Positions 11,452 through 22,429 of a stretch of 64,000 bases of DNA are shown here, piece after piece. Position numbers and translations under genes: made by a program. Each line of letters starts with the position of its first letter. Position 1 is the stretch's first letter. Under the pieces are notes generated by a model. The model did not search any database and was not told the DNA's origin. It worked only from the letters and a program-made list of their open reading frames with translations. The DNA comes from Diplonema japonicum (lineage: Eukaryota > Protista > Euglenozoa: Diplonemea): positions 372,001 to 436,000 of the forward strand of contig OZ025703.1 of assembly GCA_964019335.1 (NCBI GenBank). The letters run 5' to 3'.

Positions 11452-12990
11452 ATGACAACAACACACGACGCCCCCGTGGTGACGACGGAAATGACGAAAG
11501 ATCTGGATGAGTTCCTAGACGCAGTGTGGGGGAAGCTAAAAACACACTGGGACGAGAACAACGACGACGACCAGAAGGTGATCGACATCGTGAACCCGGA
11601 GGTGATCCAGGAGGCGGTGAAGATACAGTGCGACGACTCCGAAGAAACTAGCTACACGGACATGTTAAAAAGTCTGGAGGGCGTCCTCAAATACTCCGTA
11701 CGAACCTCCCACCCGCGTTTCATGAACATGCTCTATGGGTGCACAGACATCATGGGCATCGTGGGCGAAGTGGTGGCAACCTTTTGCAACACGAACATCC
11801 ACACGTACGAAGTGTCACCAGTGTTCACATTGATGGAAAACGAGGTCATCGAAAAACTATGCAAATACGTGGGTTATACCAACGGTGATGGTGTCTTCGC
11901 ACCAGGCGGTTCCTTCTGCAACATGTACGGCATGCTGATGGCGAGGAACAAGAAATGCCCCGATATCAGAATGGAGGGTTTTGGAGGAAAGACGCTTGTC
12001 GCATTCACTTCGAAGGAGTGCCACTACTCCGTTCAAAAGGGAGCCAACCTGATCGGAATCGGAATGAAAAACGTGGTGGGGGTAGCTTGCAACGACATCG
12101 GGCAAATGATTCCATCCGAGCTCGAAATCGCCATCGAAAAATCACTGTCTGAGGGAAAAACGCCTTTCATGGTCAACTCCACCGCCGGTACCACTGTAAA
12201 AGGATCTTTCGATGATTTCAACGCCATCGCCGATATCTGTGAGAAGTACTCCTTGTGGATGCACGTTGACGCAGCATGGGGCGGCTCTGTCCTGATGTCC
12301 GAAAAACGCGAGTATTTGACGAAAGGAATCTCCCGTGCAGACTCGCTCACATGGGACCCCCACAAGGGAATGGGTGTTCCCATTCAATGCTCTGTTGTAC
12401 TTACTAAGAACAAGGGCGAGCTCATTGCTTGCAATCAGTTCAAAGCGGAATATCTGTTCAAAGACGCCAACCTTGAGAAAATCGTAGCCAGGGGCGGGGA
12501 GGAAGCTGACAACGCCGCTGCAGAACTTGCCGAGAAGAAGTACGACCTTGGTGACAAATCACTGCAGTGCGGCAGGCATGTTGATTCTCTGAAGCTTTGG
12601 ATTATGCTGAAGAAATACGGAAAGCGGTATTTCTCAAACAGAGTTGAGAACGGATTCAGAAACAGAGACCACATGATCAAGAAGATGGCTGAGCATCCTG
12701 AGATGTTCAAGCTTGTCAGCGAGCCCATGTACCTAAACCTGTGCTTTTGGTACGTCCCGCCTTCTTGCCGTTCCTTGCCGGAGGGGAGCCCCGAGCGTAA
12801 GCAGAAGCAGGACATGGCTGTCCAGTCGATCCGTCGTTCCCTCTGTGAGGAGGGCATCGTGTACATCAACTACCAGCCTCAAGGGGAGCTTCCGAACTTC
12901 TTCCGCCCGATTTTCAACTCCGCGAGTACCACCACAAAAGACATTGACCTGCTGCTTGAAAGGATTTGCTTTTTCGGAGATAAGTTGTAG
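11452..12990 (+). CDS. PLP-dependent group II decarboxylase (glutamate/cysteine-sulfinate decarboxylase-like)
   Basis: HPRF, TYEVSPVF, APGGS, CHYS, TAGTTVKG, WMHVDAAWGG, DSLTWDPHK (PLP lysine) and QCGRHVD motifs; true ATG at 11452. Confidence 0.93.
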   Translation: MTTTHDAPVVTTEMTKDLDEFLDAVWGKLKTHWDENNDDDQKVIDIVNPEVIQEAVKIQCDDSEETSYTDMLKSLEGVLKYSVRTSHPRFMNMLYGCTDIMGIVGEVVATFCNTNIHTYEVSPVFTLMENEVIEKLCKYVGYTNGDGVFAPGGSFCNMYGMLMARNKKCPDIRMEGFGGKTLVAFTSKECHYSVQKGANLIGIGMKNVVGVACNDIGQMIPSELEIAIEKSLSEGKTPFMVNSTAGTTVKGSFDDFNAIADICEKYSLWMHVDAAWGGSVLMSEKREYLTKGISRADSLTWDPHKGMGVPIQCSVVLTKNKGELIACNQFKAEYLFKDANLEKIVARGGEEADNAAAELAEKKYDLGDKSLQCGRHVDSLKLWIMLKKYGKRYFSNRVENGFRNRDHMIKKMAEHPEMFKLVSEPMYLNLCFWYVPPSCRSLPEGSPERKQKQDMAVQSIRRSLCEEGIVYINYQPQGELPNFFRPIFNSASTTTKDIDLLLERICFFGDKL

Positions 12991-13016
12991 AAAAAAAAAA
13001 AGAAAAAAAAAGAGAG

Positions 13017-13048
<32 letters not shown>

Positions 13049-13052
13049 GTTA

Positions 13053-14514
13053 CTGTAAAACGAAAAACTTCCGGACGGAAAAATGTCCGAGTTTTTTTGG
13101 CGTCCGGGAGTTTTTCCGTCCGGGAATTTTTTTTAGGTAAGGCCGTCAGGGGGCCTGGTCCACTACCACCTACATACTGGCCTGGGCTGCAAACGGCAAC
13201 CGCGCGAAGAAACCCCCAGGGTTCCCTTTCTGCATCTTTGTCCTCCCTTGCTGCCCCTGAGGCAATCAGCTTGTCGGCCTTGCCCACTATTTATAAATTT
13301 AATAGATGCTTTACAGCTGCGTTCAACCCAATATCCATAGGTTGAACCATGTAGGTGAGCCCAGGGGGACAAAAGCAATGTGCACGTTTGCGCCTGCGAA
13401 CCACTCTACGAACCCATAGGCATAGGTCGTGTGAGAGTTGTGGTCGCCGACAAGCAGCAGAATCGGCCCGTTCGGCAAAACCATGGAAATCGATGATTTA
13501 TAGCAAAAAGGAAGAAACAGCTCCGTAACCCAGATACCGAGTATCATAATTAGCCCAATGATTGGGCGATGCCGTTAGGCTCCATTCGATGGGCAGGTGC
13601 TTGACTTGGGCACGGATAATCCTTGCCGGTTGCGTTCCCGCTTTGCCTTTGTATTTAAGTTGCGGATGCAACTCATCCAGCCAAGGAAACAGCCAGCTGT
13701 TCGGTTATAGCCCGTTTTGTCCCCCAAGCCACGGACTTTAACGACCTTAGCACCCCTTTTCGTTTTAGTTTTTAACCCCGTATTCCAGACCAATTCCGGC
13801 CTTACTTAATGGGTGTCGATTATGGACCTGAATTCCATGGTGAAAACAGCGTGCCCTCTCGTTGTCCTTCTCGTTTCCGGAGGTGGCTTGCGGCTTTTGT
13901 CTTTCTTGCTGCAAAACTCGTCAGCCTAGCTAGTGGACAGTGCCCCACCAAAGTCTGTCTTTCGGGCTGGATTGGCGTTCTGCATAGGTGCATATTTGAT
14001 GTGCTGGGATAGGCTTGCCAAGCCCGTTTTACCTATCGACCGAAGCAAAAACCTTGGCGGCCTCTGCCTCGGTCAGAAGAAGTTTGCGACCGACGGTAAA
14101 GGGGCAGCAACAGGCCCAACAGAGCCCCCACTCCTCCGCAGGATACCACACCCTGGCCGCCGCGGCACCGTGATAGCAGCGTATCGCCCAATATGGGATT
14201 TAGCATCCTTCGGGGGCTGAAGCTGCTTTCGGGGGTTTGTACTGGCCTTCTCGGCCCGGTGTAAGGAGTTTATCTCCTCCACCTCTCGGGGGTGAGCTGG
14301 CCGGGGGTGTCAGCACCAAAGTTGGGCCCCTCACAAGCCAGCTGCTCAACGTGCCTTGAGTAGTCGAGCTGGTCAATTTGACGAAAGAAGTACGGGTTTA
14401 TGAGAAGTTAAAGATCCCGTGGGTGCTGTTTGTTGGTGATTTGAAAGGGGTGAAAAATGTCCGGGTTTTTTTGGTGTCCGGGAGTTTTTCCGTCCGACAT
14501 TATTCGTTTTACAC
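13053..14514 (-). mobile_element. decayed pogo/Tc1-like (DDE_1) DNA transposon
   Basis: Left end TA|CTGTAAAACGAA...CGGACGGAAAAA is mirrored at the right end by TTTTTCCGTCCG...TTCGTTTTACA. Frameshifted minus-strand fragments read QLAVSLAG/ELHPQLKYKGK, ILLLVGDHNSH and VHIAFVP../MVQPMDIGLNAAVK (DDE_1 QPxD motif). Right TA TSD is mutated. Confidence 0.82.
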
Positions 14515-14995
14515 TTCATATTTTTTAACCCCCCCCTCCGTTATGACACAAAAAAAAGAGTGGAAGTAAAAACCCTCTTTTTTTTTTTTTCCGTGATATT
14601 ATGGGATTAAAAAAAAGGCTTAATTTGTGTGGTGTTCACCCCCCCCCCCCCCCCCTTCTCCCTTTATTATATTTATTTGTTAAGAACGAGTTTTTGACTT
14701 GTCGAAGCAAGAAAAAAAGGGGAAACATTGGCAAAAGCGTGTTTCACTGTAAGCGCGTACAAACGCCGTTTTTTCCCCTCTGTTTTCTCCCCCTTCCCGA
14801 TCCCTCCCTCCCTTTTTCTTTCTTTCCGAGTTTTACTGTTTGCACCGGTTTTTTTTTTTTTTTTTTTTCGTTGCTGCGTACCGTAAAAGAAGGGAAAAAA
14901 AAAACCCCCCTCCCCCCGCCCCTTCCCTCATTATTTCTCTTTCCGTTACGCATTTTAATTTGATGCTTCTTTACTTTTTTTCTTTTTTTTTTTAA

Positions 14996-16602
14996 CCATT
15001 AAATGACGGGGGTTTTTGGGCAAAAAAAGGTCACCATCGACTTTTTTATTTTCTAAAATTAAAACATCCTCGAGCATGCAACCATAGAACGACGCTTGTG
15101 TAAAAGAAAATACATCACCCAGGAGGGACAAAAAACACCCCCAGACGCCCCTCAAAGGCCCTGGGAAGTGAATAGAATAAGGAATTGAAGTGAAATTTAT
15201 TGTAAAACCCCACCCATAGGTTAGACACTTCCTTACTTTTTTCGCTTGGGCCTCGGAGTGCTAGGGGGGGTTTTGCTTTTGGGACTTGGCTCAGATGACG
15301 ACCTGGGGAGAAGGGTATGTGTTTGGAGACGCTGGTACCTTAGGCGTTTCTTCGGTGTGGCCGGGCCTCCAGAGGGGGTAGATTGGGGTGGGTAAACCAC
15401 TGGTTCGTGATAGTCCGCAAAGCAAGCTGGGCACAGATGCACGTTACAAGCCTTGCAGATGAAGATAGTTTGCACCCGGACCCCCAAATCACGCATGTGG
15501 TGTGTGCATTGTCTTGCTGCATCCAGTTTTTTGGACCGCACCTGGTATCTTCCCTGGGCCCCTCGGTCCCCATTTCAGAACGGGTGCTTGCTGGGCGGTT
15601 GTTTCCGGACTGGCGCATAACAGTCGAAAAGCTGTTGTCGCTCATTGCGAACCCGTTTTTGGGCCTGCCTGGGCCTACTTGCTTCTTCACTGGGGCAAAA
15701 TTAGGTACATTCTTGGCGATTTTCTTCGGATTGTTTCCACCACAAACCCGATTCACATCTGTTGTACAAGGGTAACGCCGGTATAGAAGTTATCGATGCC
15801 GGGGTACAGGGGAACGCTACCGATGCCGAGCCATCCACCAGGTGGACACGAATAGTGGCGACAAGTCACGTGGGTGCGCTTTCAGACTGAGCACGACGGG
15901 AATAATGTTGCAGACAGGTAGGGGAGCAGGAATCTTATTTTTTGCAACCTGTCTGTCTCTTCACCCCTCCAAAATGCAACGACCGCTGTAAGCGCAAAAG
16001 CAGTAACGTTTCATTACACTTGCCAAAAAAAGGTGGCGAGGGCACAAATGGTCGGCCAGGAATCTTTTATGCCAGCCTTGCGGATGATGTCCATGAGCAC
16101 CCACAAGGCCAGAAACTGATAGATATCGTCCACAGTGAAGTCAAAGTCGGGGTTGTGGTACTTGAAACGGTGCAAAGAGATTTCACAAACCCCATTGAGA
16201 TGAACAGCTTGGAAATCCTTGATGCACTCATGTGGGAAAAGGGTGATTTCTGCCCCCCCTGCCCTGTCACTTCTTACGCGTAACCTGCGTAATATCGCTC
16301 TCACAGGGCATATTTTCACTCTTCTCGTCACTACTGGCGCTAGGTGAGGTCCCATCGTCGGTGAGAATGTCCCCTTTGGCACTCCCGAACTCGTCTGAAT
16401 CAGTACTGCTCATCTGAGCTTTCGTGCCACCAAAAACTGGTTTCGAGGGTGTTTTTGGAGGTTAATCTAGGGGCCAAAAGTGATTTTCGATCGGAACTAG
16501 GTTATTCTGTGCAAGGGTAAGGGTCTATGGTACTTAAAATGCCTATACAAAATTTTTAATTTTTTGATCGCTAGATATCTACTGCGCTTCGTCCTTTAAT
16601 GG
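14996..16602 (-). mobile_element. internally deleted piggyBac-like transposon
   Basis: TTAA TSDs at 14992-14995 and 16603-16606; 13-bp TIRs CCATTAAA(T/G)GACG. Minus-strand remnants: FTVDDIYQFLALWVLMDII...DSW (N-terminal transposase region) and C-terminal Cys-rich domain CTHH...FICKACNVHLCPACFADYH. Catalytic core not seen. Confidence 0.9.
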
Positions 16603-16789
16603 TTAAAGAAATAAAGAAACATCAATGAGTCGTTTGCTGACACCTCATCATTTTTTTTTTTTTATTTCCACACCCTTTTTTATTATTATTATTATTTTTT
16701 TTAAAGAAAAACTCAACAACAACAAAGGGAAAGAGGAAGAGGCGGGGGGAGGCCTCTACCACAAAAAAAAAAAAAAAAAAAAAAAAAAA

Positions 16790-18343
16790 ATGAGATTTCA
16801 AGGAATAGCCCAGATATTATTGGGTGTGGTGATCGGGCTTGTCATTTCATCGGGGTTTCTCATGGGCGATCCTACATTGGATCTGAACAAAGTACAATAC
16901 GGTGTCGCTGTGCCTTACAAGCCACACATGCCCCGGCACATTGAGGTCGGGAAACGACGAAAATTCACAGAAAAGCACCTCGTGGTCTCCCATTTCAGAG
17001 AAAACCTGGATTGGCTCAAAAAGAAATGGGGCTCAGCGTACACCCACACTATCTACGAAATGGGACGCCGCGGGGAAATACCCGATTTCTCAACAACCTA
17101 TAAACAAGCTCTTGAACAAGACGGGTCCCGCTACTACCTCACAAACTTCGGAGATGAATCAAGCGGGTACCTGCGGTTCATTATTGACAACTATGACGAT
17201 TTGCCGAATATTACGGTTTTTCTACATGGAACGCCTATGGGGCACAATTCCGACATCGGCCGATGGATCTCGCATGTTAAAGAAACCACCTGGTTCACAT
17301 TCCTGACCACAGGTTGGGTGGAAAACCGTTGCATTCTCGACATGCACAATAAGTCCTTGATTCCGAATTACGACGAGGGTGCGTTTATCGACTTCTGGTT
17401 GAAATTCCCTTGGAGTGAAATGGGGCTGGGATCCCTCCCCCGCTGTCTGTCTTTATATTGCTGTGCGGAATTTGCAGTGTCTCGGGACGCGATACGATCG
17501 CAACCCCTCATGTTCTACAAAGAGCTGTGGTCATTCACCTTGAACTTTGTCCTCGACCAAAACACAGCGAGAAAATATAAAGGCTGGTCCCTCCGACAAA
17601 TCGGGGGTATTTACGAGCATTCATGGCATGTTATGTTTGGCGAACCGATGACGATGCAGCGATATGAAAATTACTGCGATTATTTTAACCCGGGTGCGGG
17701 GAGCCCTTGCAGAGACCAATCCTCGAACAGAACCGCCTTGCCGCCCAACCACCCCACCCAGCGGTCGCAGAGAGGGATATTAATCATGGACGCGTTCATC
17801 GGTTCAAATTGTAATGGACAACCGGCACCGCAGGAAATCTCCGCGATTGTCGAGCTTGCAAAACGTGCTTGTTCGCGAAAAATGCTTTGCAAGTACAACG
17901 TGATGTTCCCCAAGGATGTCAAGCTGGGGAGAACCCCCAACACGGTCGACCCCACGTGTTCTCGGGACTACCAGGTTTCATGGCTGTGTCCACAAGATCC
18001 TGCTGGGTCGATTTCCCGTCGGTTATCAATCCCTCCTAGCGCAATTGGAAAACCTGTAAAAATTGACTGCCGTGAGCGAAAACAGCTTCCCAAGCAGCAA
18101 TGTGTCAACGCTACTCGAAACATGAGGCTTTGTAATACCTCGAAGGACGCTTGTGTTTATGAGGTTGACAGGAATACGTGTTCAGCTGCTTGTTCGTCTG
18201 TAGGGCAGACTTGCATTCTGGGTGTGGACAACGACGACTACAAGCAGTGTGGAGAATTGTTGCCGAGGAAGCTGACCGGATGCGACTCCGCGAATAGGGT
18301 CCAGCTGTGCCATTGCATGGCTGAAGAAAACGGCGGAATATAA
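16790..18343 (+). CDS. type II membrane DUF3431-family protein with C-terminal Cys-rich (SUEL lectin-like) domain
   Basis: N-terminal TM anchor; LVVSHFRENLDW, NFGDESSGYLRFIIDNYDDLP..TVFLHG, CCAEFAVSRDAIR, YEHSWHVMFG; ATG at 16790. Confidence 0.85.
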   Translation: MRFQGIAQILLGVVIGLVISSGFLMGDPTLDLNKVQYGVAVPYKPHMPRHIEVGKRRKFTEKHLVVSHFRENLDWLKKKWGSAYTHTIYEMGRRGEIPDFSTTYKQALEQDGSRYYLTNFGDESSGYLRFIIDNYDDLPNITVFLHGTPMGHNSDIGRWISHVKETTWFTFLTTGWVENRCILDMHNKSLIPNYDEGAFIDFWLKFPWSEMGLGSLPRCLSLYCCAEFAVSRDAIRSQPLMFYKELWSFTLNFVLDQNTARKYKGWSLRQIGGIYEHSWHVMFGEPMTMQRYENYCDYFNPGAGSPCRDQSSNRTALPPNHPTQRSQRGILIMDAFIGSNCNGQPAPQEISAIVELAKRACSRKMLCKYNVMFPKDVKLGRTPNTVDPTCSRDYQVSWLCPQDPAGSISRRLSIPPSAIGKPVKIDCRERKQLPKQQCVNATRNMRLCNTSKDACVYEVDRNTCSAACSSVGQTCILGVDNDDYKQCGELLPRKLTGCDSANRVQLCHCMAEENGGI

Positions 18344-18666
18344 AAAGGAAAGAAAAAAAAAAGGGGGGGAGAAGGGGGAGGGGGAAGCGATCACGCGTAG
18401 TTACTGACTAGGGAAAAGAAAAAAAAAGAGGGGAAAAAAAAAAGAAAAGAAAAGAAAAGGGAAATCATTCGCTGAACTTATGAAAACCATTAATTCTATG
18501 AAGAGGCGGGAGGGAAAACGAACCTTTTTTTTTTTTTTTTTTTGTTTATCGCTTCGTGCGCTCAACGACAATACCAGTTTTAATAACATTATTGTTCTTT
18601 TTTTTTTTTTTTTTTTTTTTCTTTCAAAAAAGAAACATCTATCTCTCACAATCATCGCACAACCAG

Positions 18667-19497
18667 ATGGGTCTCACAGATGAGGAATATGCTCGAAAGG
18701 CAGCTTTACCAAGCTTGCTTGAAGAGCTTCTGTGCCACATAGTTTCGACAAGACCGGAGAACCCAATGAAGAGCATCGCAGAATGGAGTGTGGGAAACCT
18801 CGACGAAAGCGAAAAAAAATCCCTCGTGGGCACGGTGGCCCGAGGCGAGAGCAAAAAGATAGCTATAGAACGGCACGACACAGGTTTCGTAGAGGTCCTG
18901 AAAACGGCAGCCTCTGCCGTGAATGTAGTCTTGGGGCAAGGCAACAGGTTGGGATGGAAAGAAGCAGGAAGGATGCTAAAGGCCGTGCAAGTTTTAAAAC
19001 TTCTTCTCATAATAGACTTAGACATTGTCTACTCTTACGTTGATGCGCATTATGACAATGTTGCCACAGCACATCAATTGCACCCAGCAGCACAGAAGGT
19101 GTATGAGAGTGCTAGTGAAACGGAAATATTGCTCCTTCACGTGACTAGGGAGAACGTGCCCCCCCCAGGGCTTCAACGCTCGTTCGACTCCTTGCGGCAA
19201 AACTACTACTCCCACACCATCCACAGAGACTGTGTCTTGTCCCCTCTCTCCTCCGTCCCCGCCTTCGCCTTGCTGGATCTTTTCAAGGACTCCATGCAGC
19301 AGGTGCACTACACAACAACCCCGTTCCTCCACTTTGTCACGGGATATTTGTCGCAACACCGCCCCTTTTCAGATTACCGTGGGTTCGTGGTCTCCTTCAT
19401 GGAAACCTTTCCCGAGGATGCAATCGTGCTGCGGAACACCTTTCGCACCACGGCCGGGACGTACCTCTGCATTCTCGAAGCAGAGGGGGTGTTGTGA
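18667..19497 (+). CDS. unknown protein with N-terminal Dpy-30/RIIa-like docking motif
   Basis: LPSLLEELLCHIVSTRPENPMKSIAEW fits the D/D fold pattern; rest unrecognised. Confidence 0.7.
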   Translation: MGLTDEEYARKAALPSLLEELLCHIVSTRPENPMKSIAEWSVGNLDESEKKSLVGTVARGESKKIAIERHDTGFVEVLKTAASAVNVVLGQGNRLGWKEAGRMLKAVQVLKLLLIIDLDIVYSYVDAHYDNVATAHQLHPAAQKVYESASETEILLLHVTRENVPPPGLQRSFDSLRQNYYSHTIHRDCVLSPLSSVPAFALLDLFKDSMQQVHYTTTPFLHFVTGYLSQHRPFSDYRGFVVSFMETFPEDAIVLRNTFRTTAGTYLCILEAEGVL

Positions 19498-19620
19498 ACT
19501 TAAAACATCGTTTTTTTTTCTTCTTTTTCTTCTTTATATGTTTATATTGGACACAATTTAACATAAAAGGGTGGAGGAGGAGGAGGACGTGGCACACACA
19601 AAAAAAAAAAAGAAAAAAAA

Positions 19621-21982
19621 ATGGGAAACAGTGATAGAGACGAGAGGTCGTCGGTGTACACAAAAGACGATGCCAGAACGATAGTAACGTTCTCTGAAGC
19701 GGTGGTGGCGGCGGGCGAGTTCGGAGACAAGACAATCGGTTTCATTCCGGGGTTCATGCTGCTGTGCAACAACGTTACCGGCCCGGGGTTCGTGGGCATG
19801 CCAGAGGCCAACACCAAAGGAGGGTGGCTGCTGACAATGCTGCTCCTCTTCGTGTGTTGGATACTATCGGCTCTGTCGTGCACAATGCTGCTGGAATCCA
19901 TCAAAAAAATGCCCGGAAATTCCAAATTCGAGCAGCGTATTGAGTTCACCACCGTCGCGAAGCATCACTTCACCGGATCGAGGAGATGGATGTACCTCAC
20001 CACCCTTATCGTGTTCCTGCTGGCCTTCATGGTGTCCCTGATCACCTCTGTCATCGAGTCCGCGCAGACAATGGACAAAATGTTTATCGAATTTTTCGGG
20101 CAGTCCTGTGCCCTCCAGCTGTACAATAACGAGAGCGCATCGGTGGGGGGGACATTTGGGTTTGATTGTGTGTCTGATGGATCGTCATCCTCCGACTCCC
20201 CGTTCGGCGACAAGGCGTACGTCATCTCTCTTGGTTATGTTGCCATCCTTGTCGTCGCTGTCCCGCTAGGCTTTTGGAACTTGGACGACAACATCATCGT
20301 GCAAAAAGTAGCGTTTGTGGGCGCGATAACCATCATAGGGGAGTGGTGTATACAGGCAATTGTGAAGGGCTTGGATTTCAACAAGGATCCTGGCAGCGTC
20401 CCTGTCGCAGGGACCGATATGTCAACTCTGTTCGGATCTGTTCTGTTCAACTACGCATTTGTGACAACCGTACCATCGTGGTGCAACGAGAAACAAGTTG
20501 GGGTTCCCATTAACAAGTCGATATGGGCGAGCTCCGGGTTGGGTACGTTTCTGTTCTTCATAATTGGAATTTGCGCGGCTGCTGCTTGGGATTTCTCGGG
20601 GGACTCCGATCTTCTCACTGTCCTGACGGATTCAAGCACGCCGGGTGTGTGGGGGTTGTCACGAATCTTCGCTTATGTCTTCCCAATTTTCGCGTTGGTG
20701 ACAGGAATCCCGATTTTTAGTATCATTATGCGGTACAATCTCCTCGAAAACAATATTTGCGGATCGTTGTGGGCTAGCTTTTGGAGTGGTGTCTTCCCAT
20801 GGATCGTAGCCATCGGTTTGTACACAGGCAACGCATTAGGCGACACTGTAACGTGGTCCGGCCTGCTTGTCATTGTCCCTTTGAACTTTATCCTCCCTGC
20901 CTGGTTCTACATCCTTTCTATTGACGAAGAGAAAACCGACGAGGAGGAAGGAATTCTCAACGGGGATGCCGTTCGGACAGTTGCTGCGAAACAGTGGTAC
21001 CCCGGTGATGAGGTTGATGCTTGGATACCGGGGTACCAATGGGTGCCGGGTGTTGTTGAAAATGAGGAGGAAGAAGGCTTGTACCCTGTCAATGTAGGAA
21101 AGATAGGTGTCCGTGACGTACCCGGCGGCAATTTACGAAAGAGAGGTGACGGTGTCTACCAACAGCAGCAGCTTGAGATTAACGAGGTTCCCCACAACAT
21201 TGACGGTGTTGATGAAGACCCCGCGAAAAAGGTATTTTATAAATAAATAATTAAACAATTTATTCTTTTCCTATATTTACCCCGACCCTGTGTTTTTTCT
21301 CTTTTTTTTTTTTTTTGAACGAGCTCTTGTGATGACGCTTTTGAAGTTCTCCCATTTCTTTTGTTTAGGGAGCTGCCGACTTACCCCCCCCTATCGTCTC
21401 TTCTATGATTGTGGATTCTGCTTCCTTGTTTTTGCGCCCCATGGTTAGTCAGAACACTGTAGTGAGGCCATGCGCCGACCCCTTTTGTGAAAAGAAAACC
21501 CCCTGTTGAAAAATAAAGTAGGGGAAATAAAGTGCATATTTATTTCCACTGGCACAGGGGAGGGAAATATAGGACAAATAATTAATAATTAAACTTTTTT
21601 TTTTTAAAAGATTACGCGGAGATTGGTCAATAAGTTGCAAGCGAAACTTGACAGCTACGAGATCGAGCTGGGAACCACCAAAGAAGAACTGGAAGCTCTT
21701 GTGAAACAGTACCCTGGTGAGAGCCAGCAGGAGCGGACTAAGAAGGTCTTAAGGAGGGAACTCCGGCGACTCCAGCGGAGGGTGGACAATGTCATTCAAG
21801 AAATGGAGGAGGCCAAGGCGGGCGATCTTACACTTCTCCCTGCAATGAGGGATGAGCTGTTTAGCGCGCTCCCTCACCACTGGTCTCGGAAGGCCAAGAA
21901 GGGTGTTGCCTACGCCATGATTGCCGTCTCAGGCTCCATGAACCTCTTTGCGCTTGTGTATCAATTTGCAACATTGAACTAA
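19621..21982 (+). CDS. amino acid transporter (AAAP/Aa_trans-like), paralog 1, 2 exons
   Basis: LLCNNVTGPGFVGMP..GGW in TM1, ~10 TM helices, FNYAF motif. Exons 19621-21231 and 21611-21982 (phase-0 GT-AG intron). Confidence 0.88.
21257..21583. mobile_element. intronic MITE with 11-bp target-site duplication
   Basis: AATAATTAAAC at 21246-21256 and 21584-21594; imperfect TIRs (TCCTATATTT..CC...CCCTGTG). Removing the element plus one TSD leaves a 41-nt intron, the typical size here. Confidence 0.78.
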
Positions 21983-22384
21983 AAGGGGTGTAAAAAAAAA
22001 AAAAAGAGTGCGTGTTTTTCTTTTTCTTTTCAAATTGCATTTTTTTTTTCGTCTCTCTCCCCATTTCATGTAGCTCTTTCCCTTCACGTACTTTACTTAA
22101 GTGCTTTCTTCTTCATCTTCTTCTTATGTCTAGTTTTTTTTTTGTTTTTGTTTTTGTTTTGTTTTTGTTCATGAGTCCGTCTACAGAGATGAAAAAGCCC
22201 TGGCACGTGCTCCGAGAAATATTTAAGAAAAAAGAAATAAGGGGAAAAAGAAAAAGGGTACTTTACGCCCCCCCCCATTTTTTTTGAAATGAAATGTAAG
22301 ACTTTTTATTAAAAATAATATAAAAAAAAAAAGAAAAATTCCTTACCTTGGCTTCTTTTTTGCGAAAAAAGGGGGAAGCGACTT

Positions 22385-22429
<45 letters not shown>

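Noticed and set aside
13054-14513. Ginger/Tn7-like element because of TGT...ACA ends
   Set aside because: No matching 4-5-bp TSD, and the internal peptides carry pogo-type DDE_1 motifs with a left TA.
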